Part shown: positions 1 through 10,804 of the stretch, piece by piece
Numbering within the stretch: the first letter of the stretch is position 1
How the letters are laid out: every line of letters starts with the position of its first letter
DNA from: Candidatus Methylomirabilota bacterium
Lineage (GTDB): Bacteria > Methylomirabilota > Methylomirabilia > Rokubacteriales > CSP1-6
Direction of reading: 5' to 3'
Length of the DNA stretch: 64,000 nt
NCBI GenBank assembly: GCA_036002485.1
Contig: DASYTI010000051.1
Coordinates: forward strand, 1,304 to 65,303
The notes under the pieces: model-generated
What the model was told of the DNA's origin: nothing
The model's database searches: none
The model's input: the letters and a program-made list of their open reading frames with translations, nothing else
Translations under genes and position numbers: made by a program

Positions 1-201
1 GACAGTGGACGCCTCCGACGAGAGAGCGAGCCAGAGAGGCCGAAGCGGGAGGGCGTGGAGGTGGACGTGGAGCCGGCGGTCGAGGCGGCGGCGGCTGTAC
101 CCGCGCGACGGGCAGTGAAGCACGATCGGGAGGCCCAGGGCCGTTGCGTAGTCGCGCGCGACCGCCTCGAGTGTCGCGGGGAAGGTCCGGCGCGGGAACA
201 T
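1..201 (-). CDS. possible 5' part of a hypothetical protein running off the window start (MFPRRTFPATLEAVARDYATALGLPIVLHC...)
   Basis: Minus-strand ATG at 201-199; open to position 1; very high GC3, unlike the opposite-strand ORF; divergent from sod. No family recognised. Confidence 0.2.
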   Translation of the reverse strand, partial: MFPRRTFPATLEAVARDYATALGLPIVLHCPSRGYSRRRLDRRLHVHLHALPLRPLWLALSSEASTV

Positions 202-375
202 CAGGGACTCCGCAGATTCCTCATGTCCGCCGATTCAGCCTAGCTGGATGTCAAGGATTATAGGCCAGGCGCCGGCGGTAGCGCCAGCCCCGCATCCGGG
301 CGCCGGCGCCCGCGCGCCTCGCCAGAAGTCGAGGCGTGCGTTACACTGGGAGAAGGAGGGCAGAAAGGGGAGAAC

Positions 376-1032
376 GTGGCGACCTACCAAGCGAAGACGT
401 TCCAGCCCAAGAAGTACAAGGAGCAGGTGTTCGACCAGCTCCGGGGGCTCGAGGGGATCTCGGATGCCCAGATCACCGAGCACCTCGCGCTCTACGCCGG
501 CTACGTCAAGCAGGTGAACCAGCTGAACGAGGAACTGGCCGCCCTGATCGGCCGCGGCGAGGCCTCGGGCAAGAGCCCGGAGTTCGCCGAGCTCACGCGC
601 CGCCTCGGCTTCGAGTACAACGGAATGATCCTCCACGAGTACTACTTCTCCAACCTCCGGCGGGCCGCCGAGCCGCAGCCCCCCGCCGGCTCGGGCCTGA
701 CCCAGGCCCTCGGTCAATCCTTCGGGTCGAGCGAGCAGTGGATGGCCGACTTCCAGGCGATCGGGGAGATGCGAGGGGTGGGCTGGGTGATCCTGTTCGA
801 GGATCCGGCCACTGAACGGCTGACCAACCACTGGATCACGCTCCATCAGGACGGCGTCCCGGCCGGCTTCAAGCCGCTGCTCGTCATGGACGTGTGGGAG
901 CACGCGTACATGCGGGATTACAAGGCGACGGAGCGGGGGAAGTACATCACGGCGTTCTTCCGGAACATCGACTGGCAGATGGTGGAGCGCCGGCTCACCG
1001 AGTCGGCCGCCATCCGGCCGGCAGCCGCCTGA
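376..1032 (+). CDS. Fe/Mn-family superoxide dismutase
   Basis: 218 aa; GTG start after GGGGAG; C-terminal DVWEHAYY hallmark motif of Fe/Mn SODs. Confidence 0.9.
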   Translation: MATYQAKTFQPKKYKEQVFDQLRGLEGISDAQITEHLALYAGYVKQVNQLNEELAALIGRGEASGKSPEFAELTRRLGFEYNGMILHEYYFSNLRRAAEPQPPAGSGLTQALGQSFGSSEQWMADFQAIGEMRGVGWVILFEDPATERLTNHWITLHQDGVPAGFKPLLVMDVWEHAYMRDYKATERGKYITAFFRNIDWQMVERRLTESAAIRPAAA

Positions 1033-1095
1033 CCTCGGCCGGGCGTGAGGGCGGAGCCCTGCCGGCCGCCCCACAGTCCTGGCTTCCAAACGCAC

Positions 1096-1125
1096 GGGCG
1101 GCCGCGCTGGGAAGCGCGGCCGCCC
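1096..1125. terminator. GC-rich hairpin between convergent sod and PRC-barrel genes (GGGCGGCCGCGC-TGGGAA-GCGCGGCCGCCC)
   Basis: 12-bp perfect inverted repeat with 6-nt loop in a convergent intergenic region. No T-tract follows, which is usual in a high-GC genome. Confidence 0.45.
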
Positions 1126-1147
1126 GCACGACGCCTCGACGCCAGCG

Positions 1148-1957
1148 TCACGCCGCCCGGTCGCGATCCTCCGTTTCCCAGTACTTCCGCCGTCCGTAGT
1201 GCTCGTGGAGCCGGCTCTCCAGCTCCCGCTCGAGCGGATGCGCTGGGTCGTACTCCGGGGCGCTCTTGACGACTTCCCGGGTCAGATCGATGTGGACCTT
1301 GGAATCGTTCCAGCTGACGGCCGCGATCCACTCCGGCGATACCAGGACCTGCTTCCCCGGCCACCAGTTCCGGGTGTCGATGACCATGTACCGGATCGCC
1401 CACGTCCTGTCGTCGATGAGGAAGTCGTCGACGTGGCCGATGTCGCCGTCCGCGGCCTGGATGTAGTATCCCCTGACCTCCTGCACGCTTCGGAGGTGTC
1501 GGTCGCTGTCGCGGTGCTCCACGTTCGCCATGCCCTCCCGCTCCAGGGTGGTCAGGGCCTCGGGCTCGACCGGGACCGGCTCCGGGGCGATCGGCGCGAA
1601 CGGGTACGGGCCCGCGCCCCACCGGTACGGACCGGCCCAGTAGTAAGGGTAGCCGTAGTGGCCCGCCAGCTCGGCCTCGTAATGCCGGGTGACGGGCCTG
1701 GCGGTGTCGACGCCCGGGCTCCGCTCGACCTGCGCCCGGGTGAGGCCGACCGGCAGCCGCTGGGTCGTCCACCGGGGCTCCCGGAGCGCCATCGGCGAGA
1801 TCAAGACCTTTCGGCCCGGAAGCCAGTCGCCGGTATCTGCCACGAGGTACCGGATCGTCCAGCTTTCGTCGTCGAAGTAGAAGTCGTGGACCGCCCCGAT
1901 ATCGCCGTCAGTCGCCCCGATCGTGTAGCCGACGAGCTCACGCGCGCTGTGCAGCAT
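1148..1957 (-). CDS. PRC-barrel domain protein (two PRC repeats)
   Basis: Internal ATG at 1957 preceded by AAGGGGG gives MLHSARELVGY...; the listed longer ORF begins with TTG. Repeated ELxGYxV..DGDIGxVxDF PRC-barrel signature. Confidence 0.75.
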   Translation of the reverse strand: MLHSARELVGYTIGATDGDIGAVHDFYFDDESWTIRYLVADTGDWLPGRKVLISPMALREPRWTTQRLPVGLTRAQVERSPGVDTARPVTRHYEAELAGHYGYPYYWAGPYRWGAGPYPFAPIAPEPVPVEPEALTTLEREGMANVEHRDSDRHLRSVQEVRGYYIQAADGDIGHVDDFLIDDRTWAIRYMVIDTRNWWPGKQVLVSPEWIAAVSWNDSKVHIDLTREVVKSAPEYDPAHPLERELESRLHEHYGRRKYWETEDRDRAA

Positions 1958-2033
1958 GATGCACCCCCTTGGCAGGATAGGTCGATGCAATCGGGCTGCC
2001 GGCAGCGCGACGGGAGGCGGACACCGGGCGAGA

Positions 2034-2474
2034 TCAGGCTGCCCCGAGGTCGATCAGCGCGAGCCCCGTCGCCGCGTCGAGACGGCGCCGGAGATGTCGC
2101 GGGGATTCCGTGAGGATCACCTCCAGCGTCGGCCACACGTGGGCTTCGAGGAGGTGCCCGCCGTGGGCCGTGCCATCCGATTTGCCGACCACCACGTGGG
2201 CATGGACGGCGGGCCGGCCGTCCTTGGTGGCCACGTCCCCGATCAGCGACAGCACCTCCACCTGCTCCCGGACCGGGATCCGCGCATAGTCCTTCCGCTG
2301 GCGGTCGAAGTAGCCGAGCACGGCGCTGCTGAAGGCGCCGATCGCCGTGAAGTGGCTGGCCGCGAGCCGCTCCCGCTCGGCGAAGCTCGTGAGTCCGGCC
2401 ATGACCTCGTCGCCCCGGTCGAAGACGAGGACGAACGTCTTTTCCTCCTTGTCGTGAAGCAGTCGCGTCTTCAT
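2034..2474 (-). CDS. DUF296/PPC (PCC) domain protein, predicted DNA-binding
   Basis: 146 aa; overall similarity to the plant/prokaryote-conserved DUF296 fold as remembered. Confidence 0.6.
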   Translation of the reverse strand: MKTRLLHDKEEKTFVLVFDRGDEVMAGLTSFAERERLAASHFTAIGAFSSAVLGYFDRQRKDYARIPVREQVEVLSLIGDVATKDGRPAVHAHVVVGKSDGTAHGGHLLEAHVWPTLEVILTESPRHLRRRLDAATGLALIDLGAA

Positions 2475-2495
2475 GGCGGACGCGCGGGGGCCGCC

Positions 2496-3653
2496 TCAGT
2501 AGCGAAAGATGGCGGCCAGCTCGGCCCCGCCTGGTACCTGGGAGGGCTCGACGGCGTAGACCGTCCCGCGGTTGCGGACGGTCTCGGCCGCCGCCACGTT
2601 CAGGAGATCCTCGTCGCCCGGCGCCGGGCTGGTCCGGCTCTCGGCCACGCGGCCGTCCGGCCCGATGGTCCCCCACCGCTCGGCGCCGACGGCCACGAAC
2701 AGGGAATCGACCCGCCCCTGGTGGGCCGCCGGCACGACCTCTTCCAAACGGTCGGAGGCGCGGCCGGTCCCGGCCAGCTCCTGGTACCGGGCCGCCGCCT
2801 GCGCCTGGGCCTTCTGGAAGTGCGGCTTCACGACGTCCCACGCTCGGGCGTGGAGCTCCTCGGCGCGGAGCAGCTCGGGATTCCCCGCGATTCCCGTCTC
2901 CAGGAGATGGGGATACGCGCTCGCCTCGCGGTAGAGCGGGAACAGGTACTCGACGCCGGCGAGCACGAGCGGCGCGCGCTCCTCCCGCAGAAAATCCCGG
3001 AGCCCGGCGTCGATCTGCTGGAAGTAGCGCAGGATGTTCGCCTTGGTGTCCTCCATGTCCATGCCCTGGCCGTGGAAGACCACCGCGCCCCGACCACCCC
3101 GGCCCGGGCCCGAGGCGGTGTGGAGCTGGAGCTGCTTCTCGAACTGATCGTAGCGCAGGGCGTCGGCGAGGCTCCGGGGGACGCCGGTCAGATCGACCTC
3201 GGTGACGCTCTGCCGGGTGCCCTGGAGCAGGCGGACGTCCTTCTGGCTCAGGGCCAGCACGTAGAAGCGGCCGTCCTCGGCGAAGAGCGGGAGGAGAGGC
3301 TTCACGTGAAAGCGCGGGCCGACGACCACCAGCTCGGGGAAGCGGAGCGCCAGCCGATAGTGCCGGGACCCGGCCGGCGTGAGGAAGAGAGCGAGGCCGT
3401 CGGCCTGATGGCGCCAGAACGCACCGTCCTCCAGAAGCGCTCGCCCCGACCCGACGATCTCCCGGGCGGCCGAGGCCCGCCGCCCACCTTCGACCAGCCG
3501 GTCCTCCGCCTCGCGGAGCAGGTTCTTCAGCCGGATGCGATTCTGCTGGAGCTCGGCCGGGCCGGCCCGGTGCGTCGGCAGGAACACCGACACACAAGGG
3601 TCGGCGCGCTCCTCGATGAGCGCACGCAAGTCATCCCCGGACAGCAGATCCAT
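2496..3653 (-). CDS. hypothetical protein, bacterial eRF1-like (baeRF-family-like)
   Basis: 385 aa; N-terminus DLRALIEERADPCVSVFLPTHRAGPAELQQNRIRLKNLL resembles baeRF-type hypotheticals. Assignment is from memory only. Confidence 0.35.
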   Translation of the reverse strand: MDLLSGDDLRALIEERADPCVSVFLPTHRAGPAELQQNRIRLKNLLREAEDRLVEGGRRASAAREIVGSGRALLEDGAFWRHQADGLALFLTPAGSRHYRLALRFPELVVVGPRFHVKPLLPLFAEDGRFYVLALSQKDVRLLQGTRQSVTEVDLTGVPRSLADALRYDQFEKQLQLHTASGPGRGGRGAVVFHGQGMDMEDTKANILRYFQQIDAGLRDFLREERAPLVLAGVEYLFPLYREASAYPHLLETGIAGNPELLRAEELHARAWDVVKPHFQKAQAQAAARYQELAGTGRASDRLEEVVPAAHQGRVDSLFVAVGAERWGTIGPDGRVAESRTSPAPGDEDLLNVAAAETVRNRGTVYAVEPSQVPGGAELAAIFRY

Positions 3654-3701
3654 CTCGGCTAGACGGAAGGCAGCAAAGGCGATGCCGGAGGGCGCCCACT
3701 G

Positions 3702-4277
3702 TCAGGAGCCGGTCCCCTCGGCCCGGAGAGCATCGACGCCCCGGCGGAGCTGCGCCAGGTCGTCGAGGCCGTAACGACCGCGGATCGTCCCCCCGCCGTC
3801 GATGAGGACGACGAGGCAGTCGTGGCTCACGCCCCCGTCCTGTCGATGGACGGCGACACCATACCAGCGAGTCACGACGTCGATCTCCGAAGGCTTGCCG
3901 GTCAGGAGGAGCCACGCGACGGGATCCAGCCGGCGGTCCCGGGCGAACCGGCGGAGAACAGGCGCGCTGTCACGCGCGGGATCGACGGTGACCACCACGA
4001 AGAACACCGCGCGACCGGCGGCATCCCGCAGGTCGCGGGCCAGCCCCGAGAGAAACGGAAGGACTCCGGGACACGCCTGGCAGGCCGTGCAGGTGAATGT
4101 CAGGACCACGACACGGTGGCGGAGCTGCGTCAGCCACAGCCGGTCGTTCTGCTGGGTCGTGAGCGCGAAGTTCGGCGCCGGCCCGAGGCGCGGGAGCGGG
4201 GCCTCGGCGCCGGCCGCGAGGGCTGCCGCCGCCAGCCCGAGCGCCAGCGCCGCGGCGATCGCCGCCGCCCGGCTCAC
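3702..4277 (-). CDS. SCO1/SenC family copper chaperone (thioredoxin-like), secreted or lipoprotein
   Basis: 191 aa; N-terminal signal peptide; Cys pair TCTACQACP in a thioredoxin-like context; GTG start. Confidence 0.65.
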   Translation of the reverse strand: MSRAAAIAAALALGLAAAALAAGAEAPLPRLGPAPNFALTTQQNDRLWLTQLRHRVVVLTFTCTACQACPGVLPFLSGLARDLRDAAGRAVFFVVVTVDPARDSAPVLRRFARDRRLDPVAWLLLTGKPSEIDVVTRWYGVAVHRQDGGVSHDCLVVLIDGGGTIRGRYGLDDLAQLRRGVDALRAEGTGS

Positions 4278-4291
4278 GAGGGGGACGACCC

Positions 4292-5734
4292 TCAGTTGCG
4301 CGCGGGCGTCCCGGTGGGCACGCGACGCCGTCGGCGCGCCACCCCCGTCTGAGCCGCGGCGCGGGCGACCCCGTCGGCCACGGCTTCCACGACGCGCTTG
4401 TCGAAGACGGACGGGATGACGTATTCCTCGCCGAGCTCGCTCGGCGTGATGATCGAGGCGATGCCCCGGGCGGCGGCGATCTTCATCTCGTCGTTCACGA
4501 GCCGCGCCCGCACATCCAGGAGGCCGCGGAAGAAGCCGGGGAAGCAGAGCACGTTGTTGATCTGGTTAGCATAGTCGGAGCGGCCCGTGGCCATGACGCG
4601 CACGTGATGCTCGGCCTCTTCCGGCTGGATCTCGGGTACGGGATTGGCCATGGCGAACACGATGCGGTCGCGCGCCATACGCTTGACATCACGGAGGGCG
4701 AGGACCCCCGGCACGGACAGGCCGATGAAGACATCCGCGCCCTTGAGCGCCTCGGGCATCTTCCCCTTGACGTTCCGCGGATTGGTCGCCTCGCTGACCC
4801 ACGTCTTCATGAAGTCCATGCCCACGGCTCGTCCCCGATGAATCGTCCCGTGCTCGTCCACGCCGATGATCTGCCGGACCCCCAGGGCCATGAGCATCTT
4901 GATGACGGCCGTGCCCGCCGCTCCCACCCCGCAGACCGTCACCTTGAGCCGTCGGGGATCCTTCCGCACGATCTTCAACGCATTGAGGAGGGCCGCCACC
5001 ACCACCACCGCGGTGCCGTGCTGATCGTCGTGAAAGACCGGGATATCGAGCTCCTTGCGGAGGCGCGCCTCGATCTCGAAGCAGCGCGGGGCGGAGATGT
5101 CCTCGAGGTTGATACCGCCGAAGGCCGGGGCAATCAGCTTCACGGTTTCCACGATCTTGTCGGGATCCTTGGTGTCGAGACAGAGGGGGAAAGCGTCCAC
5201 CCCGGCCAGCTCCTTGAAGAGCATGGCCTTGCCCTCCATGACCGGCATGGCCGCGAGCGGCCCGATATCGCCGAGCCCGAGGACCGCGGTGCCATCGGTG
5301 ACCACGGCGACGCTGTTCTGCTTGATGGTCAGCGAGAAGGCCCGCTGCGGGTCTTCCTTGATGGCCAGGCTGACTCGCGCCACCCCCGGGGTATAGGCCA
5401 TGGAGAGGTCGTCGCGCGTGCGGATCGGCACCTTGCTCCGCACCTCGATCTTTCCCCCCAGGTGCATGAGAAAGGTCCGGTCGGAGATGTTCGCGATCTT
5501 GACCACGGGGAGTTTGCGGAGCTTGTCGATGATCCGCTGGCCGTGCTCGCTGTCGCGGGCCTTGATGGTCATGTCCCGGAAGACCCGTTCGCGCGTCATC
5601 TCGACGAGATCCACGGCGCCGATGTCGCCACCGGCCTTGCCTATGACCGAGGTGACGCGCCCGAGCATACCGGGGCGATTCAGGATGCCCATCCTGACCG
5701 TGAAGCTATAGGAAGCGCTGGGAGTGACGGCCAT
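4292..5734 (-). CDS. NAD(P)-dependent malic enzyme with N-terminal ACT domain
   Basis: 480 aa; malic-enzyme motifs (DDQHGTA, GAAG Rossmann, NNVLCFPG); ACT-like N-terminus (ILNRPGMLGRV). Confidence 0.9.
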   Translation of the reverse strand: MAVTPSASYSFTVRMGILNRPGMLGRVTSVIGKAGGDIGAVDLVEMTRERVFRDMTIKARDSEHGQRIIDKLRKLPVVKIANISDRTFLMHLGGKIEVRSKVPIRTRDDLSMAYTPGVARVSLAIKEDPQRAFSLTIKQNSVAVVTDGTAVLGLGDIGPLAAMPVMEGKAMLFKELAGVDAFPLCLDTKDPDKIVETVKLIAPAFGGINLEDISAPRCFEIEARLRKELDIPVFHDDQHGTAVVVVAALLNALKIVRKDPRRLKVTVCGVGAAGTAVIKMLMALGVRQIIGVDEHGTIHRGRAVGMDFMKTWVSEATNPRNVKGKMPEALKGADVFIGLSVPGVLALRDVKRMARDRIVFAMANPVPEIQPEEAEHHVRVMATGRSDYANQINNVLCFPGFFRGLLDVRARLVNDEMKIAAARGIASIITPSELGEEYVIPSVFDKRVVEAVADGVARAAAQTGVARRRRRVPTGTPARN

Positions 5735-5873
5735 GGATCGAGGTGCGGTAAAGCTCCCGTAAGATTGGGCTTTTCACGATACGGCCCGGGTTCGGTCGCT
5801 GTCAACCTAAGTCCCGAGGCGCGTAGCGGAGCGCGGATTGACCCCCGCCTGGCCGCCGTGTTATCCCACGCCC

Positions 5874-6530
5874 ATGGCGTGGATCCTGGCGCTCCGGTGC
5901 CTCGCGATCGCCTGCCTCGCCGCTTCCCCCGCCCTGGCCGAGACTCCCCGATGGGTGACCGTACCGGGGCGATGCTTCATCACGGTCGACGTCGACTTCC
6001 CGCCGGGCGGATTCAGCGGCTTGGGCAGAGAGATGTCCGGCGAATTCCAGGCCAATCCGTGGAGTCTTGGTGACGGCATCAGCGGTCAGCTGACGGCAAC
6101 GGTCGCGAGCCTCAGCACCGGCGTGGAAGGCCGGGACAAGGAGATGATGAAGGCTCTGGCCGCCGCGAAGTATCCGACCATGGCCTTCGTCATCCAGGCC
6201 GTGACCGCCTCGTTCCACTCGGTCAGCGAGAACTCCGATGTACTGCTGACCATCCAAGGACGCCTCACCATTGCCGGGGTCGATCGCATCAAGGTCTTCT
6301 CGGGCCGCGTCCGCTGGAAAGATCAGCGGCTCTGGGTACGCGGCGAAGCACGATTCAAGATGTCGGACTTCGGCATCAAGCCGCCCACGTATCTCCTCTT
6401 GACCGTGAAGGATGAGGTGGGCGTCGGCTTCGACCTCTTGCTCGATCCGAGGGACGGGCCGATCCCGCCGCCCCCGCCAAAGCCGACGCCCGTGCCCCCG
6501 ACGAGGCCCACCGAGCCGTCTCCCCCCTAG
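5874..6530 (+). CDS. YceI-family periplasmic protein with Pro-rich C-terminal tail
   Basis: Signal peptide MAWILALRCLAIACLAASPALA; YceI-like core; PPPPKPTPVPPTRPTEPSPP tail. Start taken at ATG 5874. Confidence 0.7.
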   Translation: MAWILALRCLAIACLAASPALAETPRWVTVPGRCFITVDVDFPPGGFSGLGREMSGEFQANPWSLGDGISGQLTATVASLSTGVEGRDKEMMKALAAAKYPTMAFVIQAVTASFHSVSENSDVLLTIQGRLTIAGVDRIKVFSGRVRWKDQRLWVRGEARFKMSDFGIKPPTYLLLTVKDEVGVGFDLLLDPRDGPIPPPPPKPTPVPPTRPTEPSPP

Positions 6531-6814
6531 AAAGGCGGGACCAGAATGCGTCCCGGCCTCCATAATCACGACCAAGAGCCGCGTCGAGCCCCGCCTGCGT
6601 AATCTTCACAAAGCTATCCCAGGTGTGAATAAAGGTTGCACCCGGCGCGTCCCTTGAAAAACGCGGGATTACGGAACAGTCAGCGCCCCACCGGCGTTTC
6701 GTTTCCCGAGACGAGATCCTGAAACTTGTGGACGTCTCGCTGCGTCTAAACAACTGATAAGGGGCTCTTCCAGGCGTCAGGTCTCGGGGAGCCAGCAAGG
6801 AGCGTGATAAAGCC

Positions 6815-8356
6815 ATGACGTTCAGGGAAACCGACGAGGCCGCGTCCCCCGCGATCAGCCATTCCGGCGCGGTGGGCATGCAGCCCAAGATCAAGATCCG
6901 GTCAAAGCTCCGCCACCACGGGCTGTCCAAGGTGAAGGCCGCGCCGGAACCTCTCGCGCCTGATCTCGAGGAGGACGAGGCTGGGGGGCCTGTCATCCTC
7001 GAAGAGACGCCTGCGCTATCGGAGGAAGCCCTTCGGCCCGGCGCGACGACGGGCGAGGATCCAGTCCGCCTCTATCTCAAGGAGATCGGCAAGGTCCGCC
7101 TGCTCACGGCCGAGCAGGAGGTGGCGATCGGCCGTCGTATCGAGGCGGGCCAGATCCAGCTGCGCCGGGCGCTGGCTGGCATTCCCATGGCGACGACCCG
7201 GCTGCTCGGATTGGCTGACCTGATCCGCCGGGATGAAATGGCGCTCGACGAGGTGATCCTCCTGCCCGACGGTGTCGAGCCCAAGCCCGAGGAGGTCAAG
7301 CCGCTGCTCGCCGCCTTCGCCCGCATCCGGCGACTCGAGCGTGAGATAGAGCGGCTCAATGTGGCGCTCGCGGACCGGCGGCGCGGCAAGACCACGCGTG
7401 CCAACTACCACAAGTGGATCGCCCAGAACCGTGCCGCGATCCAGGGCGTGGTCGAGAAGCTGCCGCTGAAGCCGGCGCTCGTGGACCGGGTGGTGACGGA
7501 TATCCGCCGCCAGGCCAAGCGCCTCGCGGAGCTCAAGACGCCGAAGGAAGTCCGGGCGCTCGAGACTCAGATCGGCCTGGGAAAGAAGACCCTGCAGGCC
7601 TCGCTCCGCGAGATCGAGGAGCACGATCGCGTGGTGCGTCAGGCCAAGCGCGAGCTCATGGAAGCCAACTTGCGCCTGGTCGTCTCGGTGGCCAAGCGCT
7701 ACCTCGGGAGCGAGCTCACCCTGCTCGACCTCGTCCAGGAAGGCAATATCGGACTCATGAAGGCCGTGGACCGCTTCCAGTACCGGCGCGGATTCAAGTT
7801 CTCGACGTATGCCACCTGGTGGATTCGCCAGGCCATCACGCGGGCCATCGCCGACCATTCCCGGACCATCCGCATTCCCGTCCACATGGTCGAGACGTTG
7901 AACCGCATCGCGCGGGTGAACCGGAGCATGGTCAATGATCTGGGCCGCGAGCCCACCCCCGAGGAGCTGGCGCAGAAGACGGGTGTCCCCGCCCGCAAGG
8001 TCCGGCTCATCCTCGAGTCCTCGCGCAAGCCGCTGTCCCTCGAGACACCGATCGGGGAAGACTCCGAGCTCGGGGATTTCCTCGAGGACAAGAGCGCCGA
8101 GTCACCGAACGAGACGCTCATCACGCAGGATCTCACCACCCAGGTCGAGCGGGCCCTCAGCACGCTGAGCGCCAAGGAGAAGGAGATCCTTCGGCTGCGC
8201 TTCGGTATCGGTGAGGAGGGCGAGCACACGCTCGAAGAGGTGGGCCGGCGCTTCTCCGTCACCCGGGAGCGCATCCGTCAGATCGAGACCAAGGCGCTCC
8301 GCAAGCTCCGCCACCCCCTGCGCGGGCGGGCCCTCAAGGCCTTCGTCGAGAACTGA
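6815..8356 (+). CDS. rpoD: RNA polymerase sigma-70 family factor (RpoD-like primary/group-2)
   Basis: 513 aa; regions 2-4 intact ([41 protein letters not shown]; region 4 HTH); AAGGAG 12 nt upstream; alternative ATG at 6878. Confidence 0.85.
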   Translation: MTFRETDEAASPAISHSGAVGMQPKIKIRSKLRHHGLSKVKAAPEPLAPDLEEDEAGGPVILEETPALSEEALRPGATTGEDPVRLYLKEIGKVRLLTAEQEVAIGRRIEAGQIQLRRALAGIPMATTRLLGLADLIRRDEMALDEVILLPDGVEPKPEEVKPLLAAFARIRRLEREIERLNVALADRRRGKTTRANYHKWIAQNRAAIQGVVEKLPLKPALVDRVVTDIRRQAKRLAELKTPKEVRALETQIGLGKKTLQASLREIEEHDRVVRQAKRELMEANLRLVVSVAKRYLGSELTLLDLVQEGNIGLMKAVDRFQYRRGFKFSTYATWWIRQAITRAIADHSRTIRIPVHMVETLNRIARVNRSMVNDLGREPTPEELAQKTGVPARKVRLILESSRKPLSLETPIGEDSELGDFLEDKSAESPNETLITQDLTTQVERALSTLSAKEKEILRLRFGIGEEGEHTLEEVGRRFSVTRERIRQIETKALRKLRHPLRGRALKAFVEN

Positions 8357-10649
8357 TCCCTCGCCCGCCGTCCGCGGACACCCCGCGGGCGGCGGGCTGT
8401 CCCACATCACGCCGCGCGAGCCGCGCCACGGGCCCTGGCATCCACCAGTTCCACTTGCCCATGAGCCGCATGGTCGCGGGAACCAGCAGGGCTCGCACGA
8501 CCGTGGCATCGAGCACCACCGCGATCCCGATCCCCACCCCCACCGCCTTGATGATCACCGAGTCGGCCAGCGCGAACGCGAAGAAGACCGCCGCCATGAT
8601 GGCGCCGGCCCAGGTGATGAGCCGCCCGGTTCGCTCGAGCCCGGCCCCCACGGCGAGCACGTTGTCGCCTGTCCGCTCGTATTCCTCCCGCACCCGGCTC
8701 AAGAGCAGCACTTCGTAGTCCATGGAGAGCCCGAAGATCAGACAGAACATGATGATGGGCGTGGCCGTCTGGATCGACCCGGGCGTGAAGTCGAGCCAGC
8801 GGGAGAGATGCCCGTCCTGAAAGATCCACACGAGGGCACCGTAGGAGGCACTGATGGACAGCAAGTTGACGATGACGGCCTTGAGGGGCAGCAGCACCGA
8901 GCCCAGGAGGAGGAGGAGCGCCACGTAGGTCGCCACCACGACAAGGGCGATGGCCAGCGGCGCATTGCGCTGCACGACGCCCATGAAATCGAGGTCGAAG
9001 GCCGTGGGGCCGGTGACCAGGAGCTGGCCGTCCACGGGGGGGTGCGATCCGCGGATGGTCCGCACGAGGGCGCGCGCCTCGTCGCTCCCCGCGGCCTGCG
9101 ACGTGGAGACGGCGAGGACCATGATGCGCTCCCCCATCATGCGGGAGGCGGCCGCGCGGATCTCTTCTGGCCACATGGCGGTCGGGATCTTCACGAACCG
9201 CTGATAGTCCTCGCGGCTCATGTCCGGAGACAGATCGAGCAAGCTTCGCACGGTGGTCACTCCCGGGAGCTGGGCGAGCCAGCGGCTCAGGTCATAGACC
9301 TCGCCCACGCGCGGGGGCGTGAGAGGCGACCCGTCACGGTAGCTCAGCACCACGATGATGGCCGCCTCATCGTCGCTCGGGAACTCTCGCGCGAGCAGCT
9401 CGGCGCCGCGGCGCGCCTCGGCCCACCGCGGCAGCGCCGTGACGTCACCCGCGCCCAGCCGGATATGCAGAAATGGCTGCCCGAGCAGGAGCAGGAGGGC
9501 GGCGGCGGGCAGAAAGAAACGCCACGGGTGCGCCATGACGAGGGCGGCCAGCCGATGCCAGAACCCCGACCCGCTGCCCAGCCCGAAGAGGCCGAAGCCG
9601 GGCAACGACAGCGCATTGACGCGCGGTCCCAGGACGGCGAGGACCGCGGGCAGAAAGGTCAGCCCGTACACCACCGAGAGGGCCACCACGATGGTCCCGG
9701 CCAGCCCCAGCGAGCCGATATTGCCGAGTCCGAGCACGAGCATGCCGAGGAGCCCGATGGCCACCGTCACCCCCGAAAAGAGGATGGCGCGTCCGGTCGT
9801 CGACATGGTGCGGGCCAGGGCCTCGGCCACCGGTCTCTGCGCGATCTCCTCACGAAAGCGGTTCACGATGAACAGCGAGTAGTCGATGGCCACGCCCAAC
9901 CCGATCATGGTCACGATATTCGGGGCATAGGCCGAGACGGACATGTGGCGCGCGAGCAGCTCGGTCCCCGCGATGCCACCGATCATGGCCAGCACACCCA
10001 CGCCCAGAGGGAGCAGCGCGGCCACCACGGAGCCGAAGGCCAGCAAGAGGAAGACCACGACCACGGGGAGGATGACGAGCTCGGCCCGCTTGAGGTCGCG
10101 CTTGGCCACCTCGACGAAGTCGTGGTTGATGGCAAGCATGCCCGCCCCGACCACCTCGAGCGTTCGCGACGACACCTTGGCGCGGAGCGAGGCGTAGACC
10201 TCGGGCGGCACGGAGGAAAATCCGAGGGTCACCAGGCCCGACGAGCGGACCGCGAGCTCGACCACCGCCCGGGTCCTTTGGCCATCGCGCGAGAGAAAGG
10301 CCGGGTCGGGCGGATTCACGGCATAGGCGGTGCGGACGCGCGCCACCCGCGGGTCGGCCTTGAGGGGCGCCAGGGCCCTCTCGACCTCCTCCCGGAACGC
10401 GCGGTCGGTGGCGCGCAGCGTGGGACTGCTCAGGATGAGCTCGAAGGAGACGGGCTGGCCCGGCAGCTGCCGGGCCATCAAGGTGGCCGCCCGCCCGGAC
10501 TCCGTCGTCGTGAGCATGGTGCCTGCCTCGAGCTGGGCGCCCTGGACGAGAATGACGAGGGCGGGCGCGAGCGAGAGGGCGGAAGCACCGAGGAGCCACC
10601 AGCGGAGGCGGTACACCCACCGTCCCCACGTGCCCAGCATGTCGCTCAT
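8334..10649 (-). CDS. MMPL/RND-superfamily membrane transporter
   Basis: About 770 aa; two 6-TM bundles with large loops, MMPL-like. Start at ATG 10649 (MSDMLG) preceded by GGAGGAGG; the listed ORF extends further upstream. Confidence 0.8.
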   Translation of the reverse strand: MSDMLGTWGRWVYRLRWWLLGASALSLAPALVILVQGAQLEAGTMLTTTESGRAATLMARQLPGQPVSFELILSSPTLRATDRAFREEVERALAPLKADPRVARVRTAYAVNPPDPAFLSRDGQRTRAVVELAVRSSGLVTLGFSSVPPEVYASLRAKVSSRTLEVVGAGMLAINHDFVEVAKRDLKRAELVILPVVVVFLLLAFGSVVAALLPLGVGVLAMIGGIAGTELLARHMSVSAYAPNIVTMIGLGVAIDYSLFIVNRFREEIAQRPVAEALARTMSTTGRAILFSGVTVAIGLLGMLVLGLGNIGSLGLAGTIVVALSVVYGLTFLPAVLAVLGPRVNALSLPGFGLFGLGSGSGFWHRLAALVMAHPWRFFLPAAALLLLLGQPFLHIRLGAGDVTALPRWAEARRGAELLAREFPSDDEAAIIVVLSYRDGSPLTPPRVGEVYDLSRWLAQLPGVTTVRSLLDLSPDMSREDYQRFVKIPTAMWPEEIRAAASRMMGERIMVLAVSTSQAAGSDEARALVRTIRGSHPPVDGQLLVTGPTAFDLDFMGVVQRNAPLAIALVVVATYVALLLLLGSVLLPLKAVIVNLLSISASYGALVWIFQDGHLSRWLDFTPGSIQTATPIIMFCLIFGLSMDYEVLLLSRVREEYERTGDNVLAVGAGLERTGRLITWAGAIMAAVFFAFALADSVIIKAVGVGIGIAVVLDATVVRALLVPATMRLMGKWNWWMPGPVARLARRDVGQPAARGVSADGGRGISSRRRP

Positions 10650-10804
10650 CGTGGCCCAGCCTCCTCCGGCGTGTCGCCGGAGAGACTGGAGCGCCGGCGT
10701 GGTCCTACTGTAACAGAGAGGACTCGCCTCCCGCTGGCCGAGAGACCCGATCGGCGCTAGACTGCCCCCGTCGCGGAAGCGCACAGACCCCAAGGAGGCG
10801 GCCC

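Noticed and set aside
1801-3597. 598-aa minus-strand ORF
   Set aside because: It overlaps two well-supported genes (DUF296 and the baeRF-like gene) in another frame, and its product is low-complexity and R/G/P-rich. This is a typical high-GC artefact.
8211-10760. 849-aa plus-strand ORF antisense to the MMPL transporter
   Set aside because: It is antisense to a strongly supported membrane transporter and is R/G/H/D-rich low-complexity. Stop codons are rare in GC-rich antisense frames.
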